A DNA stretch of 50,095 bases from a virus (taxonomy: Duplodnaviria; Caudoviricetes): positions 1-50,095 of the IMG/VR virus record IMGVR_UViG_3300048851_000169; one strand, written 5' to 3'. This document shows, one piece after another, positions 19,031-26,703 of this stretch. The notes below the pieces were generated by a model, which made no database searches, was not told the DNA's origin, and saw only the letters and a program-made list of their open reading frames with translations. Each line of letters begins with the position of its first letter. Positions within the stretch are counted from its first letter, which is position 1. A program made the translations under genes and the position numbers.

Positions 19031-19785
19031 TAGTGCGACATACCCAAGTCGCCCTGCGCCAGCCGGGTCAGCCCCTTCGGCGTGACGAACACCTGTGAGA
19101 CTTCCTTGCTGGTGCCATCCGGCCGCGTCACCGATGCCGACTTGTGCGCCAGATACCCCGACCTCACCTTGTCCTGATACCCGATCCAGTTGGAGGAAGG
19201 CTCCCGCTTGTAGATCCATCCCTTCGAGTGCAGCCCACGGATGAAAGCCTGGGGCGGCTGGCCCAGCGTCTTGGCCGCGACGGTCAGATTATAGAGGCCG
19301 TCCGCATTGGCGATCCGCTCCAAGGCCTCGACCTTCGGCATGGCCTCGGCCAGTTGGAGCTTCTGCCTCTCGACCGTCGCCTGCAGCACGGTCAGCGCCC
19401 GCAACGCCAAGGCCTCAGGCGTCTCGTCCGGCGCCGCGGCGAGATAGCCGCCGTCCCGCCGGATGGCGGGCAGAACTTCGTGCCGCACCCACCGGTCGAA
19501 ACGCCGAGCCTCGGGCTTCCGGCTCCGAGCCATCAGCTTGTATAGGCCAGGCTCCGAGATGCTGCGGACTTCCTGGGCTCCGCCAAGGGTGTGCGCAGTG
19601 AGCACACCCTTCTCATCCTCATCCAGCACACGAAGGGCCGACGCCACATGGGCGAGGTCCAGCACGCGGCACACGTCAGGCGCCGCAAACCATGGCTCAT
19701 TGTTGACGGTGACCACTCGAATAGCCTTGCCTTCGAAGTCGAAGGGCACGATGTTCTGGTCGTTCATGGTCTGCATATTCCTCAT
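19030..19785 (-). CDS. ant: Phage antirepressor (BRO-N + ANT/KilAC)
   Basis: FDFEGKAIRVV..NEPWFAAPDVC..ISEPGLY..SRKPEARRFDRWVRHEVLPAIR (BRO-N); C-terminal AAKTL...VTPKG (ANT). Confidence 0.92.
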   Translation of the reverse strand: MRNMQTMNDQNIVPFDFEGKAIRVVTVNNEPWFAAPDVCRVLDLAHVASALRVLDEDEKGVLTAHTLGGAQEVRSISEPGLYKLMARSRKPEARRFDRWVRHEVLPAIRRDGGYLAAAPDETPEALALRALTVLQATVERQKLQLAEAMPKVEALERIANADGLYNLTVAAKTLGQPPQAFIRGLHSKGWIYKREPSSNWIGYQDKVRSGYLAHKSASVTRPDGTSKEVSQVFVTPKGLTRLAQGDLGMSH

Positions 19786-19861
19786 GCAGGTTGTGGGCCT
19801 CAGCCCTGGGCTGGTGAGACAGCCTCGGGCTATTTTCGTCAGTCACCGGCAGTGGGTTGGA

Positions 19862-20068
19862 TTACGAGCCCGATCCCACTGCCGGTGCGCCGGCCCTCCT
19901 GCAGATTCCATGGTCCATTCGTTCGCGAATGCACCGAATAATCTCGCTATTCTGACTGCCGGCGACCCGCTCGGCCTCTCGCTCAATCCACGCCTTCACA
20001 TCCGGTGGCAGGCGCACGATAAACTTCGGCCATTCTCGTTGCGCCCCTTTGGACGCTTGATCCGCCAT
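19862..20068 (-). CDS. Arc-like ribbon-helix-helix repressor
   Basis: PKFIVRLPPDVKAWIEREA...SQNSEIIRCIRERM; GGAGG RBS before ATG 20068. Confidence 0.85.
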   Translation of the reverse strand: MADQASKGAQREWPKFIVRLPPDVKAWIEREAERVAGSQNSEIIRCIRERMDHGICRRAGAPAVGSGS

Positions 20069-20084
20069 CAACCCCTCCATAGCG

Positions 20085-20167
20085 ACTCGATATATGGACA
20101 CTAGATATCAAGTAGACATACCGTCAAGCAGATTTTGCGGCAGCGGCGGCGATTTGCTATCGAGTAG
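20085..20167. promoter_or_regulatory. Divergent Pant-like promoter/operator region
   Basis: Minus-strand TTGACG(20127-20122)-N18-TAGTGT(20103-20098); repeats TATCAAGTAG (20106) and TATCGAGTAG (20158), plus an inverted partial copy ACTCGATA (20085). Confidence 0.55.
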
Positions 20168-20169
20168 CT

Positions 20170-20535
20170 ATGGCTGAGCGCAAACCCTATCCAAGCGAAT
20201 CCGCTGACAAATTCTTGCTCAGGCTCCCTGATGGGATGCGGGAGAGGATTGCGCGAGAAGCGAAGTTAAATAAGAGAACGATGAACGCAGAGATTATAAC
20301 CAGATTAGAGGAGAGTTTCTCCGTAGAACTCGACCCGGGTGCAGACATCCATGTCCAGTTGAATGCCGAAAGTACTGAAGCATTTACGAAAGCGGTTCGG
20401 AAACTCGACCAGCTGGTCTCCGCATTGAAGGGGCAGATAAAAGAAGGACTTCTGGACTTCGACCCAGAACCCGAGCAAGCGCCAAAGCTCCCAAAGAAAC
20501 GCAAGCGACTGCCGCCAGAAACATTCGAGGACTGA
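20170..20535 (+). CDS. Arc/Mnt-family DNA-binding protein with C-terminal extension
   Basis: YPSESADKFLLRLPDGMRERIAREAKLNKRTMNAEIITRLEESF. Confidence 0.9.
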   Translation: MAERKPYPSESADKFLLRLPDGMRERIAREAKLNKRTMNAEIITRLEESFSVELDPGADIHVQLNAESTEAFTKAVRKLDQLVSALKGQIKEGLLDFDPEPEQAPKLPKKRKRLPPETFED

Positions 20536-21049
20536 CTCCCCCTACCGCGCGCCGGCTGATACCGTTTCTGCGACGGGCAAAGGGGGGAATCTATGGGAGA
20601 AACATCTCGGATAACTAAGCGGACAAAGAAGCGCTTCTACACAGACATTCATTATGTTACGGCGAAACTAAAAGACTATGTAAAGACCGATATGGGTCTT
20701 AATCTTACTGGCACTACCTTCAGTGCGGAGCAGTACCTTCGGGAGTGGGAAATACAAATTTCTATGACTACTGCCCGGCCCGCAGAATCTTCGACAGACG
20801 GTCGCGGACTTTTGCGTTTTTCAATACGCGGCAAAGTCTGCAAGCCTCGGCATTACAGAATATCGGTGGACGGCCCTTTCTTCATATACGGCAAGAGCTG
20901 GATTCCCGAACTCACCGCACCGGATCTGGTGGCCATACCTCAAGAGGGTAACAGCCTCTCCCTTAGAAAAATCCGCCGGTGGGAGGACGACACCGCCTTC
21001 TACTAACTGTCGTCTCGACTACCCCCACAACGCGCTGGCTGATACCGTT
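20534..21049 (+). repeat. 33-bp imperfect direct repeat (20534-20566 and 21017-21049) flanking one gene
   Basis: gactccccctaccgcgcgccggctgataccgtt versus gactacccccacaacgcgctggctgataccgtt; 28/33 identical by hand alignment. Confidence 0.8.
20593..21006 (+). CDS. Hypothetical protein (low-GC moron)
   Basis: 137 aa, AGGGGGGA RBS, no recognised motif. Confidence 0.6.
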   Translation: MGETSRITKRTKKRFYTDIHYVTAKLKDYVKTDMGLNLTGTTFSAEQYLREWEIQISMTTARPAESSTDGRGLLRFSIRGKVCKPRHYRISVDGPFFIYGKSWIPELTAPDLVAIPQEGNSLSLRKIRRWEDDTAFY

Positions 21050-21071
21050 GCGCTGACGGTTGGAGGAACAT

Positions 21072-21677
21072 ATGCGAGCTGTAGTGCTTCTGGCCGGACT
21101 AGCCTTCACTCTCGGCGCCTGTTCCGCTCCCTCCGCAGGGGTGCCGTTCGTCCCTCCCGACGGCCCCCGTGAGCCAAATCCATATGTCGATGCCATCATC
21201 AGGCGCGCCGCCGACGAGAGACAGGCCAAGGCAGCCGACGCCGCCCTCACCCCGGGCCAGCGTGCCGCCCGCGACCGCGAAAACGACCTCCTCCAGCGCG
21301 CCCTCACCAACTCGCCCGACTACGTACAGGCCGTCCGCCGGGCTGCCGTCGCTAACGTTGACGCCGAGGCCTCACCCGCTGGTCGCCAGAACCCCCAAAC
21401 AAATGCCGCCGCCCGAGAGCAGCGCATTGCTGCTGAAGAAGCCCGCCTATCTGACGCGGTGGAGCGCCGACGCCGGGAACAACTCGCCCAGACGGCACAG
21501 AGAGACCAGGCGCTTCGCAACCAGCAAGCCGCCTACTCCTGTGAGGCCCGAGCGGCCCAGATGGACGCGGCCTACTACAACCCGCGCTCGCTGCTGAACC
21601 TTGAGGGTCTGGCGGCCAGCAACCAGACCCGGCAAGCCTGTCTTGAGGCGTACAGCCGGACCGGGATCGTTCCTTAG
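21072..21677 (+). CDS. Lipoprotein with coiled-coil region
   Basis: GGAGGA RBS; signal peptide MRAVVLLAGLAFTLGA-C with lipobox. Confidence 0.75.
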   Translation: MRAVVLLAGLAFTLGACSAPSAGVPFVPPDGPREPNPYVDAIIRRAADERQAKAADAALTPGQRAARDRENDLLQRALTNSPDYVQAVRRAAVANVDAEASPAGRQNPQTNAAAREQRIAAEEARLSDAVERRRREQLAQTAQRDQALRNQQAAYSCEARAAQMDAAYYNPRSLLNLEGLAASNQTRQACLEAYSRTGIVP

Positions 21678-21815
21678 CCAGGGGGGGCACAGCGGATGTG
21701 CCCGCCTCACCACCGGTCGTAAACATCGTGGTTGCCCACGTCCTCCGGGTACGGAACGATTCGACTCTGAGCAACTATTCAACCTAGGCTTCTGGATCGG
21801 GTAGGAAGCGAGAAC

Positions 21816-21953
21816 GTGACCGACGAAAAGCCCAAAGACCCGCCGCCGCCAAAGCCTATCACGACATCCGAGCGGCCGGCGCGAGAGGTTCGGGGGACGG
21901 TTGAGGATGGGGCCCCGCCACCGAAGCCTCGACCTTCCAAGGATAAGAAATAG
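21816..21953 (+). CDS. Small Pro/Lys-rich peptide (45 aa, not in ORF track)
   Basis: GTG start after AGGA; MTDEKPKDPPPPKPITTSERPAREVRGTVEDGAPPPKPRPSKDKK. Confidence 0.4.
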   Translation: MTDEKPKDPPPPKPITTSERPAREVRGTVEDGAPPPKPRPSKDKK

Positions 21954-22476
21954 CGGCCGGCGCAAAGCTTGCAGCGCCAACAGCTACAATGGGCGCCGCG
22001 ACCAGGCAGATCCAGCATGCACGCAGCAGGTTGGCCCTATAGTTCAGGGCGTCGTAGTTATAGGCTACGCTCTCCTCGTGGAGCATGGCGATACCCTCGA
22101 CATACTCTAGCTCCGAGGCGCGCTGGTCCTTGTTGTCCAGGAGATCCGAGGGGCTGAGAGCGGCGACGCCCCAGCCTCGGGGCCAGATCGTGGCGCCAGC
22201 CAAAACTGCCGCCCCCACGCAGCAACAGATCACAGCCAAGGCAGCCCAGCCTGTTTCGACGCTGGGAGGCTTGATGGCCAGCGTCAATGCCGCCAGCGCC
22301 AGCGTGACCGTCCAGCCCAGGAGAGATGTTGCGCGCGCTTCCATTGCCGTCAGATGCGCCGTCTGGGCCGCGACCCGGAGTTCGCCCTGCCGCATTGCCT
22401 CTTTGGCGATCCAGAGGCGAAGGGCACCTCGTTCGGCGCCGACCGCAACTCGGTCTTTGTCTTCAGGGCTCGTCAT
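21859..22476 (-). CDS. Three-TM membrane protein, PycTM/DUF5706-like topology
   Basis: AGGAGG RBS; EARATSLL-TM1, TM2 ending WPR, soluble loop, N...RANLLR-TM3. Confidence 0.65.
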   Translation of the reverse strand: MTSPEDKDRVAVGAERGALRLWIAKEAMRQGELRVAAQTAHLTAMEARATSLLGWTVTLALAALTLAIKPPSVETGWAALAVICCCVGAAVLAGATIWPRGWGVAALSPSDLLDNKDQRASELEYVEGIAMLHEESVAYNYDALNYRANLLRACWICLVAAPIVAVGAASFAPAAISYPWKVEASVAGPHPQPSPEPLAPAARMS

Positions 22477-22555
22477 ACGATCCTCCTGACCCGCATCAAT
22501 GTGCTCTTGGTCCTAAGTCTGAGCAATCTTGGAAGGGCCTTGATGCGTCCCACCC

Positions 22556-23242
22556 TCACCGCACGCTGATCACCAGCGCCGGGTTCTCCACCAGCCTACC
22601 CGCCCCGGTCCCTCGCTTGCGCACCCACTGCCCCGGGAACCGGACCGTGTAGATCCGGCGCGCATTCAATGTCGGGAACCGCCTGCGGACCGCTGCGGCC
22701 GCGTCATCGATCATGTCGGCCGGCACGCTGAACCGCAGCCGCCGCTTGCCTACCATCTGGACGTCGATCTTTCTCGAATACGGAGCGCGGGCAAAAAGCA
22801 GCACAGCGTCCACATTCGCGGCGACCTTCTGTGGGTCAAAACTGCCTGGCTGGATGATGCGGGCAGTGGTCCAAAAGTTGGCCTCAGACGCGCCTAAACG
22901 GCCCGCCCTGGTTCCTGCCTGCCCTACCGCATACACGAAGCTATCTCGAAAGCGCCCGCTATCGATTGGGCTGCGCTGCCGTAGGAACGCCATGGCGAAG
23001 AGTGCCGCCTCTCCCAGCACCTGGAACCGGTAGACGATGGTGCCCTGAGGCTTGACCGAGGCCTCCGCCGCGCCCTCCCGCCCGTCCACGAAGGTGCTGT
23101 AGACCGGAGCGGCGCGGCCCGTGCGGATCAGCTCGTCCCGACCCTCGACAGCAATCTGAGCCAGGCGCCTGGACTGCGCCTCTGGCGTCAGGTTCCTGGA
23201 GACGAACACCTGCACGGAGCGGCGGAAGGCGGATCCACTCAT
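22556..23242 (-). CDS. Putative tail completion/neck protein (HK97 gp10-like)
   Basis: RSPIDSGRFRDS and APYSRKI motifs; basic; coupled to the chaperone extension (ATGA). Confidence 0.55.
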   Translation of the reverse strand: MSGSAFRRSVQVFVSRNLTPEAQSRRLAQIAVEGRDELIRTGRAAPVYSTFVDGREGAAEASVKPQGTIVYRFQVLGEAALFAMAFLRQRSPIDSGRFRDSFVYAVGQAGTRAGRLGASEANFWTTARIIQPGSFDPQKVAANVDAVLLFARAPYSRKIDVQMVGKRRLRFSVPADMIDDAAAAVRRRFPTLNARRIYTVRFPGQWVRKRGTGAGRLVENPALVISVR

Positions 23243-23996
23243 CCTCCGCCCTCCCGCTCCGCCCACCACTTCAGGTATTCATCGTCCATGATCGCCAGAC
23301 AGCGTTCCAGCGTATCGGACTCAAGCGTCCCATAGCCTCTGGAGCGACACCAGGCATCGATCACGGTCCATGGGATGCGGCCCGGCTTGCTTTTCAGCAT
23401 CATGCCGCCCATCGGGGCCGCGAAGCCGGTTAGCGTCCGCACCCTCTCATCGGTCAGACGCCACCAGGCGCGCCATACCCACCTCAGCCATGGCTCAACC
23501 TCCGGGATCTTCGGTCGCTCATCCTCAGGGATGGTCGAAAGAAACCCGGACAGCTTGCTCCAGTCTAGCTGCTGGCGGAGGACGCTGCGGAGTTTCCCTC
23601 CAGTTCCTCCAGATCGGTCTTGCGGCGCAGCGTGGCCAGGCGCGTCGCCGCGAACAGGCCGTCGGCCAGCGGCCGATACTGCGGCTCGTAGACCATCACC
23701 TTCACATCCTCGAAGGTGATCTCCTCGCCGTTGGCGCGCTTCAGATTACGGACGCCCGAAACGCAGTGCTTCAGCAGGCAATCCAGGTTGTGCTTGCGCA
23801 GAATGGCGTTAGGCACGCGGCTCACATCGCCGCCATAGGCCTGCGCCGCCCGCAGGTGCCGCTGCGCCTGAGCATCGGTATAGGCGTCGGTATAGCCCTT
23901 CGTCAGGACTTCGATATCGTCCATCTCGCCACCCGGGGTGATCCAGTCGCCCTCTGGCGGGGTTTCAACCTTGGTGACAGCGTCGAGAATAGCCAT
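23239..23996 (-). CDS. Tail assembly chaperone frameshift product (gpGT analogue) via -1 slip at 23598-23592
   Basis: Minus-strand G GGA AAC heptamer; the -1 frame is open from the slip to the stop at 23239 (…WRAWWRL…IPWTVIDAW…MDDEYLKW). Confidence 0.8.
23565..23996 (-). CDS. Tail assembly chaperone (gpG analogue)
   Basis: Follows the tail tube gene; ends ...ELEGN at a slippery site. Confidence 0.8.
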   Translation of the reverse strand: MAILDAVTKVETPPEGDWITPGGEMDDIEVLTKGYTDAYTDAQAQRHLRAAQAYGGDVSRVPNAILRKHNLDCLLKHCVSGVRNLKRANGEEITFEDVKVMVYEPQYRPLADGLFAATRLATLRRKTDLEELEGNSAASSASS

Positions 23997-24039
23997 GGAT
24001 GCGGGTCCTTGCTGGATGTGCGGGGCGGTGCGGGATAGC

Positions 24040-24102
24040 GGAGGTCGGCCAGGCCCCGCAGCATGGCCGACCTCCTACGCGATGTCGGCGCCGCGGCGCC
24101 GA
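24040..24102. other. Two GC-rich hairpins between tail tube and chaperone genes
   Basis: GGAGGTCGGCCA/TGGCCGACCTCC 12-bp stem (24040-24075) and TCGGCGCC/GGCGCCGA. Confidence 0.55.
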
Positions 24103-24109
24103 TGCGCGA

Positions 24110-25063
24110 TTAGGGGGTCACGACTGCGGGGATGCGCTCCAACTTCAGCGTGCCATCCGTGGCATCCGGATTGCCCTCCAGCGCGTAGCGCGCCATGACG
24201 GGCTGATTGGGGCCGCCGGCCACAATGCTCGGGTTCATCAGCGTCCCCTTGGGCAGCGTGAAGCGGTAGGCGTTGCCTGCGGCATCAAGCGTCTTCCAGG
24301 AGATCGGGCCCGCAATCTCGCCCTTATACCGCTGGTAGAGGGCGAAATCGCGGAAGTAGAGCTCCATGGAACCGCTGACGGTGAAGGTGCCCATGCGCAT
24401 GCCCTGCGCGGCCGCAGCGCCCAGCCCGTAATCAGCCGACGCGCCGTCATTGGAGATGGTCAGGCTGATGTTGTTCGCCACCGCCGCCAGCGCGACGCCA
24501 TCAAGCATGATGTCACGAACACCCGTGACTGAATCCATCACTGCGGTGTCGGGCGGGGCCGTGTAGGTGCCGCCCGTGCTGGCGCTGGCGGTGAAGTCCG
24601 CCTCGTCCTTGGCCACGGCCGTGAAGGAGCCCGAGAGGAACTGGCCGCGCGCCATGGTGAGGGTGGCGCCGCTCCAGAACAGGCCGGGGTAGCGCAGGAA
24701 CAGCGCAGGGCCGAAGCGCTTCTCCAGCAGGAAGCTCTTGAAGACGGTGCCTGGCTTCAGGACGTTCGTGGCCCACTCGCCACCGAAGAGGCCCGAGAGA
24801 ATGTCGTCATAGGTCCCGTAGGAGAGGGCGAAGTTGACGCCGCCACCGGCGGTCAGCTCGGTCGTGACGGCGGCGGATGCCTCGCGATTGGCGTTGATCT
24901 CGGCAGGGCGCTGCCGGCTCTTGCTGCCGGTCAGGCTTTCGCCTGTGAAGCGAATGCGCTTCATGGCGCCGGTCAGCGCCACGCCCCATGCGGTCTCCTG
25001 GATGTAAGCCATCTGGACGGCGGTCGTTTCCACGCCCGCCTGGTAGTTCGTGGTCGCCGTCAT
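24110..25063 (-). CDS. Major tail tube protein
   Basis: 317 aa; AYIQETAWG, RFTGESL and VSGSMELYF motifs; position after the tail terminator. Confidence 0.85.
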   Translation of the reverse strand: MTATTNYQAGVETTAVQMAYIQETAWGVALTGAMKRIRFTGESLTGSKSRQRPAEINANREASAAVTTELTAGGGVNFALSYGTYDDILSGLFGGEWATNVLKPGTVFKSFLLEKRFGPALFLRYPGLFWSGATLTMARGQFLSGSFTAVAKDEADFTASASTGGTYTAPPDTAVMDSVTGVRDIMLDGVALAAVANNISLTISNDGASADYGLGAAAAQGMRMGTFTVSGSMELYFRDFALYQRYKGEIAGPISWKTLDAAGNAYRFTLPKGTLMNPSIVAGGPNQPVMARYALEGNPDATDGTLKLERIPAVVTP

Positions 25064-25080
25064 AGGGCTGCCCTCTCATG

Positions 25081-25104
25081 AAAAAGGGCGCCCTGAGGCG
25101 CCCT
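25081..25104 (-). terminator. Intrinsic terminator-like hairpin upstream of the tail tube gene
   Basis: Minus strand AGGGCGCC-TCAG-GGCGCCCT-TTTT. Confidence 0.55.
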
Positions 25105-25131
25105 GCATGCGTTTGATCGGAAGCGATTGGC

Positions 25132-25311
25132 TCAGGCCGGCTTGGGCGGCTCGGATTCCTTGGAAGCGGAGGGAGCCTTGCCGGCCGCCTCCTTCTTTTC
25201 AGCCCGCTGGCCGTCCAGCAGCATCGGCGCGAAGTCTCCGGCTACCGTCTGCTCGCCGACTTTTTTGCCGGTCCGCTCATCGATGATTGTGAAGGTCGTG
25301 TCCTTGGTCAT
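25132..25311 (-). CDS. Small hypothetical protein (59 aa, not in ORF track)
   Basis: MTKDTTFTIIDERTGKKVGEQTVAGDFAPMLLDGQRAEKKEAAGKAPSASKESEPPKPA; GGAG RBS; fills the operon gap. Confidence 0.6.
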   Translation of the reverse strand: MTKDTTFTIIDERTGKKVGEQTVAGDFAPMLLDGQRAEKKEAAGKAPSASKESEPPKPA

Positions 25312-25323
25312 CTGGCGCTCCGA

Positions 25324-25755
25324 TCAGCCTGCGATGGTGATGTCTTGGTAGCGATAGTTGATCCGTAGAGTGAGGCGGAACCAGTTGCCGTCCTCATCCA
25401 TGCCGCCCGGGTCGAAAGTGAAGCCGTCATAGGTGACGAGCCCCGGCAGCAGCCCGCGAAAATCATTGGCGATACTCTTGCGGATCCGCAGGCCATCCTT
25501 GATCCCCTGCCCGGTCGGCACCATGACGTGCACCTGGACGGCGCCCTCTTCCATCCAGACGGTACTGCCGACCTCGTAGGGATCGGCGTTGAAGGCACTG
25601 ATCTCCACATTCAGCCAGGCGCTGGGCTGGCCACCATCCGCGTAGGGCGCGGGCTCATTGAAAACTTGGTTCGGCCAAGCAATCGGCAGGCCCAGTTCTG
25701 CGGCGGCGGCCGCCACACGGGTCGCCACGTCGTCCCAAACTTCCGGGCTGCTCAT
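25324..25755 (-). CDS. Tail terminator-like protein
   Basis: IAWPNQVF, EEGAVQVHVMVPTGQG and WFRLTLRINY motifs; synteny. Confidence 0.7.
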   Translation of the reverse strand: MSSPEVWDDVATRVAAAAAELGLPIAWPNQVFNEPAPYADGGQPSAWLNVEISAFNADPYEVGSTVWMEEGAVQVHVMVPTGQGIKDGLRIRKSIANDFRGLLPGLVTYDGFTFDPGGMDEDGNWFRLTLRINYRYQDITIAG

Positions 25756-26090
25756 CCGCGCACCCAAATCCGCCAGCCGATGACGGTCCCGCCCTCATAG
25801 ATTGGCCGCCCACGGCCCTGGACTGCGAGCTGCTGCCCGCCGTCGATGATCCGGTCCGGCTTCGCTGGCGGGGCGGGCCAGTCCGATGCGGCAATCTCGT
25901 CGTGCAGCGTCTCGATGATCAGGTCGCCGGGCTGGATCGGCCCATCCACCTCGCCAGCCTCCGCGCCGTGGCTGAAGCCCAGCAGGACGACCTCCTGCTG
26001 CGCCACGCCAGAGCTCGGCAGCCGCCTCAAGACCATCCTGCGGCCCTTGGCCAAGATTTGCCGCCGGCGGGCATTGAGCAGATGGCCCAT
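25752..26090 (-). CDS. Head closure/head-tail joining protein
   Basis: 112 aa ending WRIWVRG; synteny. Confidence 0.65.
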   Translation of the reverse strand: MGHLLNARRRQILAKGRRMVLRRLPSSGVAQQEVVLLGFSHGAEAGEVDGPIQPGDLIIETLHDEIAASDWPAPPAKPDRIIDGGQQLAVQGRGRPIYEGGTVIGWRIWVRG

Positions 26091-26698
26091 CAGGCGATGC
26101 TCCACCGACGATATCCTGCCAGAAGGCCGGCAGCCTGTGGTGGCAAAGCCTCCATTCCGGCGCGAGGGTCTAGCCAGGACGAGGCGCCGACATCCTCGGT
26201 TGTCTCCGACCGTAGCAGAGGGTCCCGCCCTCGAGCGGAATGCAGGGCCGAAACCATCACCAGGCAGGCCTGCTCGACATCGCGTGGCAGGGTTTGCCCT
26301 GAGCGCCCCGGGAGGGAGTAGCCCCCCTGGTAGGTGACGCTAACCGCGCCCGACGGCCACCGCACACGGTCGTAGCCCGAGACGCGGTAGAGAAGCCCCG
26401 CCTCGCGATCGCACTCCATATCCCCCGCCGCGATCGCGGCGCCGCCTATGGCCACGGTCATCTCGCCAACTACCGGCGTGCGGGTGAGTACCAGGGTATC
26501 GCCCGAGTTGCGGAAGATCTCCCGCACCGTCTCAAGAGCAAAGACCCGATTGCAATAGCTGGCGATGGCAGCGGAAGCCGCATCCACCAGGTCGCCTGGG
26601 TAGAACTCGTCCGGGGAACCATCCAGGCCAAGATGAGCAAGCGCGGTAGGTACCGTCGTCAGGCGCGTGGAGGTGGCAGGGGTGATGACCGTCAGCAT
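26090..26698 (-). CDS. Head-tail connector (gp6-like)
   Basis: AASAAIASYCNRVF, VTYQGGY, LPRDVEQAC and LLAGYRR motifs. Confidence 0.8.
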   Translation of the reverse strand: MLTVITPATSTRLTTVPTALAHLGLDGSPDEFYPGDLVDAASAAIASYCNRVFALETVREIFRNSGDTLVLTRTPVVGEMTVAIGGAAIAAGDMECDREAGLLYRVSGYDRVRWPSGAVSVTYQGGYSLPGRSGQTLPRDVEQACLVMVSALHSARGRDPLLRSETTEDVGASSWLDPRAGMEALPPQAAGLLAGYRRWSIA

Positions 26699-26703
26699 CG
26701 AGC

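Noticed and set aside
21766-22527. TCTGAGCAA repeated on both sides of the PycTM-like gene as a target-site duplication
   Set aside because: 9 bp, no transposase or terminal repeats; chance not excluded.
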